A stretch of DNA of 32,000 bases from Acinetobacter wanghuae (GCF_009557235.1 NZ_CP045650.1:990001-1022000), one strand, 5' to 3'; positions 7,029 to 17,192 are shown, counted from the stretch's first letter. The notes: generated by a model from the sequence alone, not told the origin. A program made the numbers and translations.

Positions 7029-7817
7029 ATGTCTGTATTGATTTATTTATGTCCGAATCCGAATGCTGATTATGTGGTGCTATCTTCAGGTTTAGGGGGG
7101 CATGCAAGTTTTTGGGCACCGCAAATTGCAGCCTTGCAACAGCACTTTCATGTGGTGACCTATGACCAAGAAGGCTGCCATCAGGATTCTGCATTATTAC
7201 CACAGCCGTATAGTATCGATCATATGGCACAGCAATTACGGGATCTTTTGCTTGCTGAAGAAATCCAGAGTTTTCATTTCATTGGGCATGCTTTGGGTGG
7301 CCATATTGGCATGCAGCTCGCGCTACATTTGAGTCAAAACAACTTAAACATGCTAAGCCTAACCTTAATCAATTCATGGGCTGAATTAGATCCGCATACG
7401 CAAAAATGTTTTGCCGCCAGAACACATTTATTGCTAGATAGTGGGGCAGAGGCCTATGTGCGCGCGCAAGCCCTATTTTTATATCCTCCGGCTTGGATCT
7501 CACAGCATCATCAAAAAATTCGCCAGATGGAAGACCAACAGCTTTTGGATTTTCCACCTATTCATAATGTCAAAGCTCGACTTGACGCAGTGCAAGCTTT
7601 TCATTTGAATGAACTTCATCAACAGGCTTTAGCAAAGATCCCAATTCATCTCATTGCTAACCAGGATGATTTTTTGGTGCCATTTCATCAGTCAGCGCAG
7701 TTAAAGCAATTGCTGCCAAAAAGCCAGTTAAGCCTTTTAGCCACAGGTGGGCATGCATCTACGCTGACTGAAACTGAAAATCTGAATCGATGTATCCTCG
7801 ATTTTTTCAAAAAGTAA
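7029..7817 (+). CDS. rutD: Pyrimidine utilization protein D (aminoacrylate hydrolase, alpha/beta-hydrolase)
   Basis: The ORF is colinear with E. coli RutD: VVLSSGLGGH..FW.PQ, GHALGGHIGMQLAL, LFLYPPAWIS and the C-terminal GGHA. I chose the start at 7029 (MSVLIYLCPNPNADYVV) because the 26 extra codons of the listed ORF (from 6951) overlap the promoter and operator. Confidence 0.85.
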   Translation: MSVLIYLCPNPNADYVVLSSGLGGHASFWAPQIAALQQHFHVVTYDQEGCHQDSALLPQPYSIDHMAQQLRDLLLAEEIQSFHFIGHALGGHIGMQLALHLSQNNLNMLSLTLINSWAELDPHTQKCFAARTHLLLDSGAEAYVRAQALFLYPPAWISQHHQKIRQMEDQQLLDFPPIHNVKARLDAVQAFHLNELHQQALAKIPIHLIANQDDFLVPFHQSAQLKQLLPKSQLSLLATGGHASTLTETENLNRCILDFFKK

Positions 7818-7833
7818 TCTAAATCGTTATGCT

Positions 7834-7862
7834 AAAAGCCAAGCCATAGTCTTGGCTTTTTT
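7834..7862 (+). terminator. Rho-independent terminator after rutD
   Basis: Stem gccaag (7838-7843) pairs with cttggc (7851-7856), followed by a T6 run. Confidence 0.7.
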
Positions 7863-8051
7863 ATTTTTTCTAATGAATCACTTTTCTTAAAAAGAGCACT
7901 CAATCCCAAAAAGAAAGCAAGCGTCATTTAAGCTGAATGCACTTGAATGAAACAAAATGGATTAAATTGATTCATCTTATAAAACTTGGTTTTTACTAAA
8001 AAGTAAAAAATATAAATATTAAATATATGAAAAATATAAATTAAACATTTC

Positions 8052-8067
8052 TGGCACGCAGTTTGCA
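8052..8067 (+). promoter_or_regulatory. Sigma-54 (-24/-12) promoter of the rutA operon
   Basis: cTGGCACGcagtTTGCA is a perfect match to YTGGCACG-N4-TTGCW. It lies about 75 nt upstream of the rutA ATG. Confidence 0.8.
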
Positions 8068-8142
8068 ATATTTCATGAGTAAATGAAATTCCTAAACTTG
8101 GAATACAACATGAATCATTGATCAATCAAATGAGGTGTGCAA

Positions 8143-9252
8143 ATGAAAATCGGTGTCTTTTGTCCCGTTGGAAATAATGGATGGTTGCTCTCTGAAAATG
8201 CACCACAATACCAACCGACTTTTGAGTTAAATAAAACAATCGTGCAACGTGCGGAGCATTATGGTTTTGACTTTGCACTCAGTATGATCAAGTTGCGTGG
8301 CTTTGGCGGCAAGACAGAATTTTGGGATCATAACTTAGAAACATTTACCTTAATGGCAGGTCTTGCTGCTGTCACCAGTAAAATTAAAATTTATGCCACC
8401 GCTGCCACTTTAGTCATGCCGCCTGCCATTGTCGCGCGTATGGCATCCACAATTGATTCGATTTCAAATGGTCGTTTTGGCTTAAACGTAGTAACGGGTT
8501 GGCAAGCACCAGAATATACCCAAATGGGTATGTGGCCGGGCGATGAATATTTCGGTAAGCGTTATGAATATTTATCTGAATATGTGCACATTCTGCGTGA
8601 ACTTTGGGCAACAGGTCGATCAGACTTCAAAGGTGAGCACTTCCAAATGGAAGATTGCCGCGTCAGTCCACAACCACAAGCCGACATGAAAATTATTTGT
8701 GCAGGGCAGTCCGATGCAGGTTTGGCTTTCTCAGCACAATATGCCGATTACAACTTCGTGTTTGGCAAAGGTTTAAATACCCCAACCGCTTATGCCGAGA
8801 TTAATGACCGTCTGAAAACCCATACCGATCGAACCGGTCGTGATGTGCAAACCTATGTTTTATTTATGGTGATTGCAGCAGAAACTGACGAGGAAGCATT
8901 TGCGAAATGGCAGCACTATAACGATGGTGCGGATATGGAAGCAATCAATTGGCTGATGAATCAGGGAGGTAAAGATACAAAATCAGGTGCAGACACCAAT
9001 ATTCGTCAAATGGCATCGAGTGTTTCACCTGTCAATATCAATATGGGCACTTTGGTAGGCTCATTTGAAAATGTCGCAAAAATGCTGGATGAAATTGGTG
9101 AAATTGAAGGAACAGAAGGCATTTTATTAACTTTCGATGATTTTATTCAAGGCGTGGAAGATTTCGGACAACGCATTCAACCGTTAATGGCATGTCGTCA
9201 ACACGTTGTGGTTGAAGGCGAAGCAGCAACTGTCTTGGAGAAAATCGCATGA
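8143..9252 (+). CDS. rutA: Pyrimidine monooxygenase (FMN-dependent, luciferase-like)
   Basis: Near full-length colinearity with E. coli RutA ([59 protein letters not shown]). I place the start at ATG 8143, 7 nt after GAGGTG. The listed ORF starts at GTG 8137. Confidence 0.95.
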   Translation: MKIGVFCPVGNNGWLLSENAPQYQPTFELNKTIVQRAEHYGFDFALSMIKLRGFGGKTEFWDHNLETFTLMAGLAAVTSKIKIYATAATLVMPPAIVARMASTIDSISNGRFGLNVVTGWQAPEYTQMGMWPGDEYFGKRYEYLSEYVHILRELWATGRSDFKGEHFQMEDCRVSPQPQADMKIICAGQSDAGLAFSAQYADYNFVFGKGLNTPTAYAEINDRLKTHTDRTGRDVQTYVLFMVIAAETDEEAFAKWQHYNDGADMEAINWLMNQGGKDTKSGADTNIRQMASSVSPVNINMGTLVGSFENVAKMLDEIGEIEGTEGILLTFDDFIQGVEDFGQRIQPLMACRQHVVVEGEAATVLEKIA

Positions 9253-9995
9253 GTATCGTATGTAGTCAATTCACAGCGGCAAATGGCAATGGCAAAGTTT
9301 TAAAAGCTGAGCCTGAATGTATTCAACTGGCAGCTGAACAAACAGCATTAATCGTCATTGATATGCAAAATGCCTATACCTCCGAAGGTGGTTATTTGGA
9401 CTTGGCTGGCTTTGATGTTTCAAAAACACAACCTGTGGTAGAGAACATCCAAAAAGCTGTGGATGCAGCACATGCGGCTGGCATTCAAGTGATTTACTTT
9501 AAAAATGGTTGGGATGCTGAATATAAAGAGGCTGGTGGTCTTGATTCACCAAATTTCCATAAATCCAATGCATTAAAAACTATGCGTCAACAGCCTGAAT
9601 TGCAGGGCAAACTTTTGGCAAAAGGCGGTTGGGATTTTGAACTGATAGATGCTTTACAGCCACTGCCGCAGGACATTGTCATTGAAAAACCACGTTACAG
9701 CGGATTCTTTAATACCGCATTAGACAGTATGTTGCGGGTTCGCGGCATTCGTAATTTGGTCTTTGTCGGCATTGCGACCAATGTTTGCGTGGAATCGACC
9801 CTTCGAGACGGTTTCTTCTTAGAATATTTTGGCGTCGCCCTTGCTGATGCGTGTTATCAAGCGGGTCCTGTCGAAGCACATGACGCTAGTCTTTATAACA
9901 TTAAAACCTTTTTTGGATGGGTGTCCGATACCGCTCATTTTGTTGACACCTTTAAAACATCGAGTCAGCAACCAGACTACGCCAAAACCGCATAA
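9249..9995 (+). CDS. rutB: Ureidoacrylate/peroxyureidoacrylate amidohydrolase (isochorismatase family)
   Basis: Strong colinearity with E. coli RutB ([60 protein letters not shown]). The ATGA start overlaps the rutA stop. Confidence 0.95.
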   Translation: MSIVCSQFTAANGNGKVLKAEPECIQLAAEQTALIVIDMQNAYTSEGGYLDLAGFDVSKTQPVVENIQKAVDAAHAAGIQVIYFKNGWDAEYKEAGGLDSPNFHKSNALKTMRQQPELQGKLLAKGGWDFELIDALQPLPQDIVIEKPRYSGFFNTALDSMLRVRGIRNLVFVGIATNVCVESTLRDGFFLEYFGVALADACYQAGPVEAHDASLYNIKTFFGWVSDTAHFVDTFKTSSQQPDYAKTA

Positions 9996-10033
9996 CCATA
10001 GATTGAACATATAAATAAATAGAGGGTCGAATC

Positions 10034-10414
10034 ATGCCAAAAGACATCATTATTCCTGAAGGAACATCTAAACCACTCGCACCGTATGTGCCCGCAACCA
10101 AAGCTGACAATATTGTCTATGTATCAGGCACCTTGGCTTTTGATGAAAACAACAATGTAGTGCATGTGGGCGATGCAGCTGCACAAACACGGCACATTTT
10201 GGAAACCATTAAAAAGGTGATCGAGACAGCAGGCGGCAGTATGGATGATGTGACTTTTAATCACGTATTTGTCAAAGATTGGGCTGACTATACCGCTATT
10301 AACGCGGTCTATGCGGACTATTTCCCGGGAGATAAGCCGGCACGTTACTGCGTACAAACGGGACTAGTCAAACCAGATGCCTTGGTTGAAATCGCGTCGA
10401 TTGCTCATGTTTAA
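10034..10414 (+). CDS. rutC: RidA-family aminoacrylate peracid reductase / enamine deaminase
   Basis: Matches E. coli RutC throughout: [56 protein letters not shown]. Confidence 0.95.
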   Translation: MPKDIIIPEGTSKPLAPYVPATKADNIVYVSGTLAFDENNNVVHVGDAAAQTRHILETIKKVIETAGGSMDDVTFNHVFVKDWADYTAINAVYADYFPGDKPARYCVQTGLVKPDALVEIASIAHV

Positions 10415-10477
10415 AAGATATTCGCCGGACTGATACATGGCATGAATCATGCTAAATCCTGTAAAGGGGAAATGAAA

Positions 10478-11032
10478 ATGAATGCAAAAATCTCCCAACA
10501 ACTTGCACAACAATTAGAACGCTGTAGCACGATAAATGAAGATGTTGGTCACGTCGATCAGCAAATGTTTAGACAAGGTATGTCAAAACTTGCAGCAGCT
10601 GTGAATGTCATTACAACGGATGGACACGCAGGTAAAGCAGGTTTTACGGCATCGGCAGTATGTAGTGTCAGTGATTCACCACCGACATTGTTGGTGTGCT
10701 TAAACCGTTCAGCATCGGTGTATGAAACTTTTAAAACAAATCAGGTGCTGTGTGTGAATACATTGAATGCTCAACAGCAGCATCTTTCAAATGTATTTGG
10801 CGGCAAAACACCAATGTCAGCACGTTTTGCTGAAGGAAAATGGCGAACACTACTGACCCAAGCACCCGTACTGGAAGATGCTTTAGTCAGTTTTGATTGT
10901 CGCGTGGTGCAAAGCGTATCGATTGGTAGTCATGATGTCCTATTTTGTCAGGTCAAAGCGATCCGCCAACAATCTGAAGAAAATGCGTTAGTTTATTTTA
11001 ATCGTTCTTATTGCGAGACACAGTCTATGTGA
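10478..11032 (+). CDS. rutF: FMN reductase (NADH) of the Rut pathway
   Basis: Matches E. coli RutF: [54 protein letters not shown] chose the start at 10478, 7 nt after AAGGGGA. The listed ORF begins at 10442. Confidence 0.9.
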   Translation: MNAKISQQLAQQLERCSTINEDVGHVDQQMFRQGMSKLAAAVNVITTDGHAGKAGFTASAVCSVSDSPPTLLVCLNRSASVYETFKTNQVLCVNTLNAQQQHLSNVFGGKTPMSARFAEGKWRTLLTQAPVLEDALVSFDCRVVQSVSIGSHDVLFCQVKAIRQQSEENALVYFNRSYCETQSM

Positions 11033-11064
11033 TCAAAACATTCCTAATTTAGGAGGGGAAGTCA

Positions 11065-12432
11065 ATGCAAACAAAAGAATCGTGGTTTCCAAAATTTAAG
11101 CCTTATCAAGGCGATTTAGACATAACACCTGTGCAGACAGATGAATATCTGCCCGCAGGTAAAAGCATTGTATTGGGCTTACAACATGCATTCGCCATGT
11201 TTGGTGCTACTGTACTTGCCCCCTTATTAATGGGCTTTGATCCAAATCTCACCATCTTTATTACTGGCATTGGGACGATCTTATTTTTCCTCATGACAGG
11301 TGGTCGTTTACCGAGTTACTTAGGCTCAAGTTTTGCGTTTATTGGCGCGGTTGCTGCGGCTACAGGATATGCGGGTGTTGGTGCCAATGCCAATATTGGT
11401 TTAGCGCTTGGTGGAACCATCGCTTGCGGTATTGTCTACGCCATTGTTGGTGCAATTGTAATGAAAACGGGAACAGCTTGGATTGAAAAGCTGATGCCTC
11501 CGATCGTGACCGGTGCCATTGTGATGATTATTGGTTTAAACCTCGCGCCTGTTGCCATCAAAAGTGTCTCTGCTAATCAATTTGATGCATGGATGGCATT
11601 AATTACAATTGTCTGTATCAGTGTGATCGCTGTATTTACCCGCGGTATGGTACGCCGTTTATTATTATTGCTTGGCTTAGTATCGTCTTATTTTATTTAT
11701 TTCATTTTAACCAATGTTTTAGGTTTTGGCACAGCAATTGATTTTAGCAAAGTTTCAGAAGCAGCATGGTTTGGTCTGCCGACCTTCCAAACCCCTGTAT
11801 TTGATGCCACTGCAATGATGTTGATTGCACCTGTTGCTATTATTTTGATTGCAGAAAATCTAGGACATTTTAAAGCTGTCTCTGCTATGACTGGCAAAAA
11901 CTTAACCCCTTATATGGGACGAGGTTTCTTTGCAGATGGGGTATGTACGTCATTGTCAGCTTCCGTTGGTGGCACGGGTATGACCACATACGCAGAAAAT
12001 ATTGGGGTGATGGCAGTCACAAAAGTATATGCCACCACAGTGTTTATCTTCGCAGGTTTAGTTGCAATTTTGCTGGGTCTATCCCCTAAGTTTGGTGCGG
12101 TGATTAGTACGATTCCAGTGGCTTTATTAGGCGGTGCTTCGATTGTGGTATTTGGTTTAATTACAGTAGCGGGTGCCAAAATCTGGGTCGATAATCGTAT
12201 TGATTTTACTAAGAATAGTACGTTATTAATCGCAGCGGTGAGTGTGATTATGGGTACGGGGAATTATAGTCTACAAATTGGTGGATTTGATTTAGGTGGG
12301 ATTGGTACCGCAACCTTAGCCGCTATTTTACTGAACCTGTTCTTAAGTCGTGGTGATGATCAAGAAGCGCCGGCAAGCATCAATGAAAAACCAGAGTCTG
12401 ATTTAAGTTCAGATGCAGCTATTCAGCACTAG
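11065..12432 (+). CDS. rutG: NCS2-family uracil/pyrimidine permease
   Basis: Colinear with E. coli RutG (GLQHAFAMFGATVLAP.LMG.DPNL, GGRLPSYLGSSFAF, ENLGH.KAV..MTG, YAENIGVMAVTKVY). The SD is AGGAGG. Confidence 0.9.
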   Translation: MQTKESWFPKFKPYQGDLDITPVQTDEYLPAGKSIVLGLQHAFAMFGATVLAPLLMGFDPNLTIFITGIGTILFFLMTGGRLPSYLGSSFAFIGAVAAATGYAGVGANANIGLALGGTIACGIVYAIVGAIVMKTGTAWIEKLMPPIVTGAIVMIIGLNLAPVAIKSVSANQFDAWMALITIVCISVIAVFTRGMVRRLLLLLGLVSSYFIYFILTNVLGFGTAIDFSKVSEAAWFGLPTFQTPVFDATAMMLIAPVAIILIAENLGHFKAVSAMTGKNLTPYMGRGFFADGVCTSLSASVGGTGMTTYAENIGVMAVTKVYATTVFIFAGLVAILLGLSPKFGAVISTIPVALLGGASIVVFGLITVAGAKIWVDNRIDFTKNSTLLIAAVSVIMGTGNYSLQIGGFDLGGIGTATLAAILLNLFLSRGDDQEAPASINEKPESDLSSDAAIQH

Positions 12433-12441
12433 GAGCAAATT

Positions 12442-13317
12442 TTGAATCAACGTGTGGCATTTTTGGGACTCGGGGCAATGGGATGGCATATGGCATCTCA
12501 TTTGCCAAAGCTTGGCCTGGATGTTTTGGTATGGAATCGAACAGTTGCCAAAGCTGAGCAGCATGCGCAATGTTTCAACACGCAAGCTGTCTCTATTGAA
12601 GAAGCGGTTCAGGCTGATTTTATTATAAGTTGTTTGCCGACCAGTGCGGATGTTGAGCAGCTCATTGCCCAATATCCACCGAAAGCGGGTGCGATTTGGA
12701 TTGACTGTACCAGTGGTGTGCCTGCATCAGCGCAGAAACTATCGCAAGAGTTAAAGAGAATCGGTTGCCATTATTTGGATGCACCGGTTTCAGGTCAAAC
12801 CATTGGTGCTGAAAGCGGAACATTGACGGTCATGGTCGGCGGTGATGAACAGGCTTTTCAACAAGCGCAGCCCATTATTCAAGCATTTTCAGGCTTAATT
12901 GAATATGTGGGTGAAAGTGGGACAGGTTTTGCTGTGAAAGCTGTCAATAACACCCTTATGGCAACTCATTTATGGGCATTGGCAGAAGGTCTCACGGTGC
13001 TCAAAGCAAATGGGGTCGACTTGTCAGCAGCGGTTAATTGTATTAATCATTCGAGCGGGCAAAGTAAAATGTCTGAAACGATTATTTCACAGCGCGTATT
13101 GAGTCGCTCTTTTGAGAAAACCTTTGCGCTTGATTTATTGCAAAAAGATATTGGCATTGCGCTCGATTTAATGAGTGAGCAAGATTTAGCTTTACCCAAT
13201 ATGCAATTGATTCAGCAGCAATTTAATTTGTTGAATAAATCACAAGCACAGCAACTTGATTTTTCTGCCGCAGTACAAATTTTAGAACGACAAACTGAAA
13301 TTCAACTGCATGATTAA
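12442..13317 (+). CDS. NAD(P)-dependent beta-hydroxyacid dehydrogenase (3-hydroxyisobutyrate dehydrogenase/MmsB-GarR family)
   Basis: The N-terminal Rossmann motif is VAFLGLGAMGWHMA, followed by DAPVSG and the family core GSG...KAVNN. The TTG start lies 6 nt after AGGAG, which overlaps the rutG stop codon. Confidence 0.85.
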   Translation: MNQRVAFLGLGAMGWHMASHLPKLGLDVLVWNRTVAKAEQHAQCFNTQAVSIEEAVQADFIISCLPTSADVEQLIAQYPPKAGAIWIDCTSGVPASAQKLSQELKRIGCHYLDAPVSGQTIGAESGTLTVMVGGDEQAFQQAQPIIQAFSGLIEYVGESGTGFAVKAVNNTLMATHLWALAEGLTVLKANGVDLSAAVNCINHSSGQSKMSETIISQRVLSRSFEKTFALDLLQKDIGIALDLMSEQDLALPNMQLIQQQFNLLNKSQAQQLDFSAAVQILERQTEIQLHD

Positions 13318-13336
13318 TTTTCATTATTTGTGAACG

Positions 13337-13366
13337 AAAAAAGCGACCCAATCGGGTCGCTTTTTT
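13337..13366. terminator. Bidirectional rho-independent terminator between the convergent rut operon and fadE
   Basis: Stem gcgaccc (13343-13349) pairs with gggtcgc (13354-13360) around a 4-nt loop. An A6 run lies upstream and a T6 run downstream. Confidence 0.8.
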
Positions 13367-13375
13367 AGGTTTGCA

Positions 13376-15837
13376 TTAAGAAGTGGGAGTCGCGGTTAAG
13401 TGTGGATTCTCTAAGTCTAAAACCTCTGTTAAGGTTTCATCAAAGATGTCCGTTAACATGCTATCAAAACGTTTGGCATTATAGCTAAGCAGCTTTTCTG
13501 CCTCATTGTCCGTGATAAAGCCTTGTTGCTGTGCATCCACTATATGTTCTTCAAAGCTTAAACCTGCAAATTTTCCTTTCGATTCAGCTTTTTTAAACCG
13601 ATCCCATAATGCTTCAACATCAAGGAGCATTAAGAAAGTGGATTCCATTCGTCCTGTTACATCATGCTCTTCGGTGTTGTAATAAACATGTTTTTTGAGC
13701 TCATTCCTAAAAGCATTATCTTGCATCATGCTTTCAGCAACATGACGTTTTAATGTGTCGGAAGGGGCTTTCACAGGTCGTCCAAATGGAAAACAGACCA
13801 TTTTAACTAAGCCTGCTGCGACACCCTGAGGGAAGTTGGCAAATAAACCATAAAAAGCTTCCTGCGCATTAAAAAGCGCTTTCTCAACAGCAAGTTTGGC
13901 ATGTAACTTTTCAGCTTCGGTTTTTTTGCTATGTTCAAAGTATTTTAAAATTGCGGTGGCAATAAATAGATGTGAATGGATATCCGCTAAACGACCTGAG
14001 AGCATTTCTTTACGTTTGATATCACCCGCAAGTAAACCAAGGCACATATCCGCAGTGAGGGCAAAATTGCTACTGAGTCGGTTAATTACTTTATAATACG
14101 GACGCGTAAAATCAGTGGCACTTTTTGGTGCTGTACTAGAGCCGCCTGTGAAGCCATAAGCCAATGAGCGAGCGGTACGATTAAAGGTATAGCCTAGATG
14201 TTTAAATAACATGTCATTAAAACTGTGCAATGCTGTGTTTTTATCATCAGCCTGTAAAAGTTGTAGTTCTTCAAACAGGTAAGGATGACAACGCATTGAA
14301 CCTTGACCAAAAATCATTAAAGAACGACTTAAAATATTTGCACCTTCAACCGTAATAGAGACGGGAATCGCTTGATAATTCAATGCAATAAAGTTACGTG
14401 GACCCATTTGAATGGCACGTCCACCGACAACATCCATACCATGATTAACCACTTTACGCATGGTCTCAGTGGCGTAGTATTTGGCCATAGCCGTCATGAC
14501 TGCGGGTTTTCCACCTTGGTTGAGTCCACAGGTGACTAAATAGCGAAAGGCTTCGAGCATATAAGTATCGGAAGCAATTTCACTGGTCGCTTCTTGTACA
14601 CCTTCAAATTTGCCGACAGAAATTTTAAATTGTTGACGAATACGCGCAAATGCACCGACATTTAAATAAGTCATTTCACCTGCGGCAGTAGACAGTGCAG
14701 GTAATGAAATGCCACGCCCAACGGCAAGACATTCCATCAGCATACGCCAACCTTTACCTGCATTTTCAACACCGCCAATAATCCAGTCGAGGGGAATAAA
14801 AACATCTTTTCCATCGACCGTACCGTTCATAAAGGGTGAGCCGGGATTATGTCGTGCGCCGACTTGAACGCCGTCATGGTTGGCAGGCAGTAATGCGCAG
14901 GTAATACCGTATTCTTTTTTATTGGCATCACCTAGTAAGCCATCAGGATCATACATTTTAAAAGCTAGACCCACCACGGTGGCAATTGGCGCAAGCGTGA
15001 TCCAACGCTTAGAAAAATTCATGTTTAAGCCAAGCACTTGTTGACCTTCAAATTCTCCGTAACAGACCACACCACTATCTGGAATCGCACCCGCATCTGA
15101 ACCCGCTTCTGGACTAGTCAGACCAAAGCAGGGAATTTCTTCGCCTTTAGCAAGTCCCGGCAGATAACGATCTTTTTGTGCTTCTGTACCCTAATGCAGT
15201 AACAGTTCCCCGGGTCCAAGTGAATTAGGCACCATGCAACTGACCGCTGTGGTTAATGAGCGTGAGGCAATTTTGCTCATAATGCGGCTTTGGGCAAATG
15301 ATGAAAACTCACGGCCACCGTAGGATTTAGGAATAATCAGCCCTAAAAAACCATGGTCTTTAATGAATTGCCATACGTGTTCAGGGAGGTCTTTATTTTG
15401 GTGGATTTCCCATTCATTGAGCATGCTGCATAGTTGTTCAACTTCATTGTCTAAAAATGCTTGTTCTTCATTGGAGAGTTTTGGATAGGGATAATCGTGA
15501 AACGTTTCCCAATTCGGTGCTCCCATAAATAGCTCTTTTCCCACCAACTGGTGCCTGAGTCCAAGGCTTCGCGTTCGGTGGTACTCATGGCAGGCATGGC
15601 TTTTGCCAAGGCTTTATACGCAGGCTTGGTGATGAGTGCCATTCTTAAAGGATCAATTAACACCACTAAGCTGATGAGGATAAGGGGAATACCCAGTAAA
15701 AGTGACCAAGGGCTTAAAAAAGCCACTAAAATAGAAATAATAATCAGTGAAATGGCACCTGCCATCCGTGATAAAGCAAAGAAAAAAACCGCCCATACGG
15801 CAAGTGCTAAAATGGCTACACTTATAATGAAGAACAT
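13376..15837 (-). pseudogene. fadE: Acyl-CoA dehydrogenase FadE, disrupted by a 1-nt frameshift and an in-frame amber codon
   Basis: Three ORFs (15451-15864, 15191-15547, 13376-15070) align end to end with the roughly 815-aa E. coli FadE. The frame changes in the T4 run at 15536-15539. A TAG at 15191-15193 sits where Tyr is expected (LLH*GTEAQKDRY). The likely original start is ATG 15837, after GGGAGGA. Confidence 0.85.
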
Positions 15838-16136
15838 AAATAATCCTCCCATTGAAGACTTCATTCTGTCTTAAGTACTCAAGACGTGTGTGAAAAGCAT
15901 TTAGTTTTAAATTTTTCTAATGCGTACTTAAGCTAAGAATCAGGTCAATTAAAATAATAATCCGAAACGGCAGTGTGTTGATTTCGCTGTGTTGCGAAGA
16001 CGCTACCTCTGTTGATTAAGCTAGAGCTTTTTGAGCAAAGGGTAAAAAGGATAAATGTGGGATAAATGTAGTATTAGGTAAAAGTTAAATAGACAAATGC
16101 AGTATCTATTAGTAGGAATATCCAAGTTAAAGGCAT

Positions 16137-16166
16137 AAAAAAGCGCTCAATAGTGAGCGCTTTTTT
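16137..16166 (-). terminator. Rho-independent terminator after lipA
   Basis: Stem gcgctca (16143-16149) pairs with tgagcgc (16154-16160), flanked by A6 and T6 runs. Confidence 0.8.
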
Positions 16167-16178
16167 ATCTGATCGAAT

Positions 16179-17192
16179 TTAAGCTTCGATGGTTTGAACT
16201 GTAATTTTTTTCGCAGGATCTGCTTTACGACGTACTGCTGGTACAGGCTCGCCATAGTATTGACGGTCAGCGAAGTAGCTTGAACGTACCATAGGTGCTG
16301 CCCAAATATTACGGAAACCTAATTTTTGACCATGTGCAGTATAACGCTCGAATTCTTCAGGTGTCACAAAACGATCAAGCGGTGCATGTTGTTTTGATGG
16401 CTGTAAATACTGACCAATCGTAATGTAATCCACATCATGTGCGCGTAGATCATCAAGGAGCGCTAAGACTTCTTCTTCAGTTTCACCTAGACCGACCATC
16501 AAACCACATTTGGTGGGTACATCTGGACAATATTCTTTAAACATTTTGAGTAAATTTAGAGAATGTTGATAGTCTGAACCTGGACGCATCGCTTTATATA
16601 AACGCGGCACAGTTTCAATATTATGGTTAAATACGTCAGGTGGGCATTCTGTCATAATACGTAGCGCGATATCCATACGACCACGGAAGTCAGGCACTAA
16701 AATTTCAAGTAAGGTATTTGGACTTAACGCACGTGCTTCTTTAATACAATCTACAAAATGCTGTGCACCACCGTCTAACAGGTCATCGCGATCGACAGAG
16801 GTAATGACCGCATATTTCAAACCTAAATTAGAAATGGTTTCAGCCATATGGCGCGGTTCATCTGGGTCTAAAGCATTAGGGCGACCATGCGCAACGTCAC
16901 AGAATGGACAACGACGGGTACAAATATCACCCATAATCATAAAGGTTGCCGTACCCCCACCGAAACATTCAGGCAGGTTTGGACATGCTGCTTCTTCGCA
17001 GACAGTATGAAGTTTTTGCTCGCGAAGCGTACTTTTGATGCGTTGAACCTCTTCAGGGGCTGCCATTTTGACGCGAATCCAATCCGGTTTTCGCGGTGTT
17101 TCAACCGTAGGGATCACTTTTACAGGAATACGAGCAACTTTTTCTGCGCCACGAAGTTTAACACCCTGTTCAGGTTTACGGTTCTCAGACAT
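16179..17192 (-). CDS. lipA: Lipoyl synthase (radical SAM)
   Basis: Motifs [13 protein letters not shown] and the radical-SAM cluster [10 protein letters not shown] are present, and the ORF is colinear with E. coli LipA. I chose the start at ATG 17192 (MSENRK). The listed ORF starts at GTG 17207. Confidence 0.95.
   Translation of the reverse strand: MSENRKPEQGVKLRGAEKVARIPVKVIPTVETPRKPDWIRVKMAAPEEVQRIKSTLREQKLHTVCEEAACPNLPECFGGGTATFMIMGDICTRRCPFCDVAHGRPNALDPDEPRHMAETISNLGLKYAVITSVDRDDLLDGGAQHFVDCIKEARALSPNTLLEILVPDFRGRMDIALRIMTECPPDVFNHNIETVPRLYKAMRPGSDYQHSLNLLKMFKEYCPDVPTKCGLMVGLGETEEEVLALLDDLRAHDVDYITIGQYLQPSKQHAPLDRFVTPEEFERYTAHGQKLGFRNIWAAPMVRSSYFADRQYYGEPVPAVRRKADPAKKITVQTIEA

Noticed and set aside
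7928-8125. A 65-aa minus-strand ORF in the rutD-rutA intergenic region.
   Set aside because: It lies in nearly pure A/T promoter DNA and covers the sigma-54 promoter. The predicted peptide is low complexity (Ile, Phe, Tyr and Asn-rich), as expected from AT bias.
15530-15545. Programmed -1 ribosomal frameshifting at G GAA AAG as the explanation for the fadE frame change.
   Set aside because: Only the P-site or A-site Lys codon could re-pair, because GAA to GGA cannot, so this is not a true X XXY YYZ heptamer. I saw no downstream stimulatory structure. A separate in-frame TAG 340 nt downstream would truncate the product anyway. A 1-nt deletion in an A-run is the simpler explanation.
15870-15932. 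A 9-bp inverted repeat, CTTAAGTAC and GTACTTAAG, separated by 45 nt just upstream of fadE.
   Set aside because: Both arms are built from the self-palindromic CTTAAG and GTAC. A single 9-mer match in 300 bp is within chance expectation, and it has no resemblance to a FadR box.
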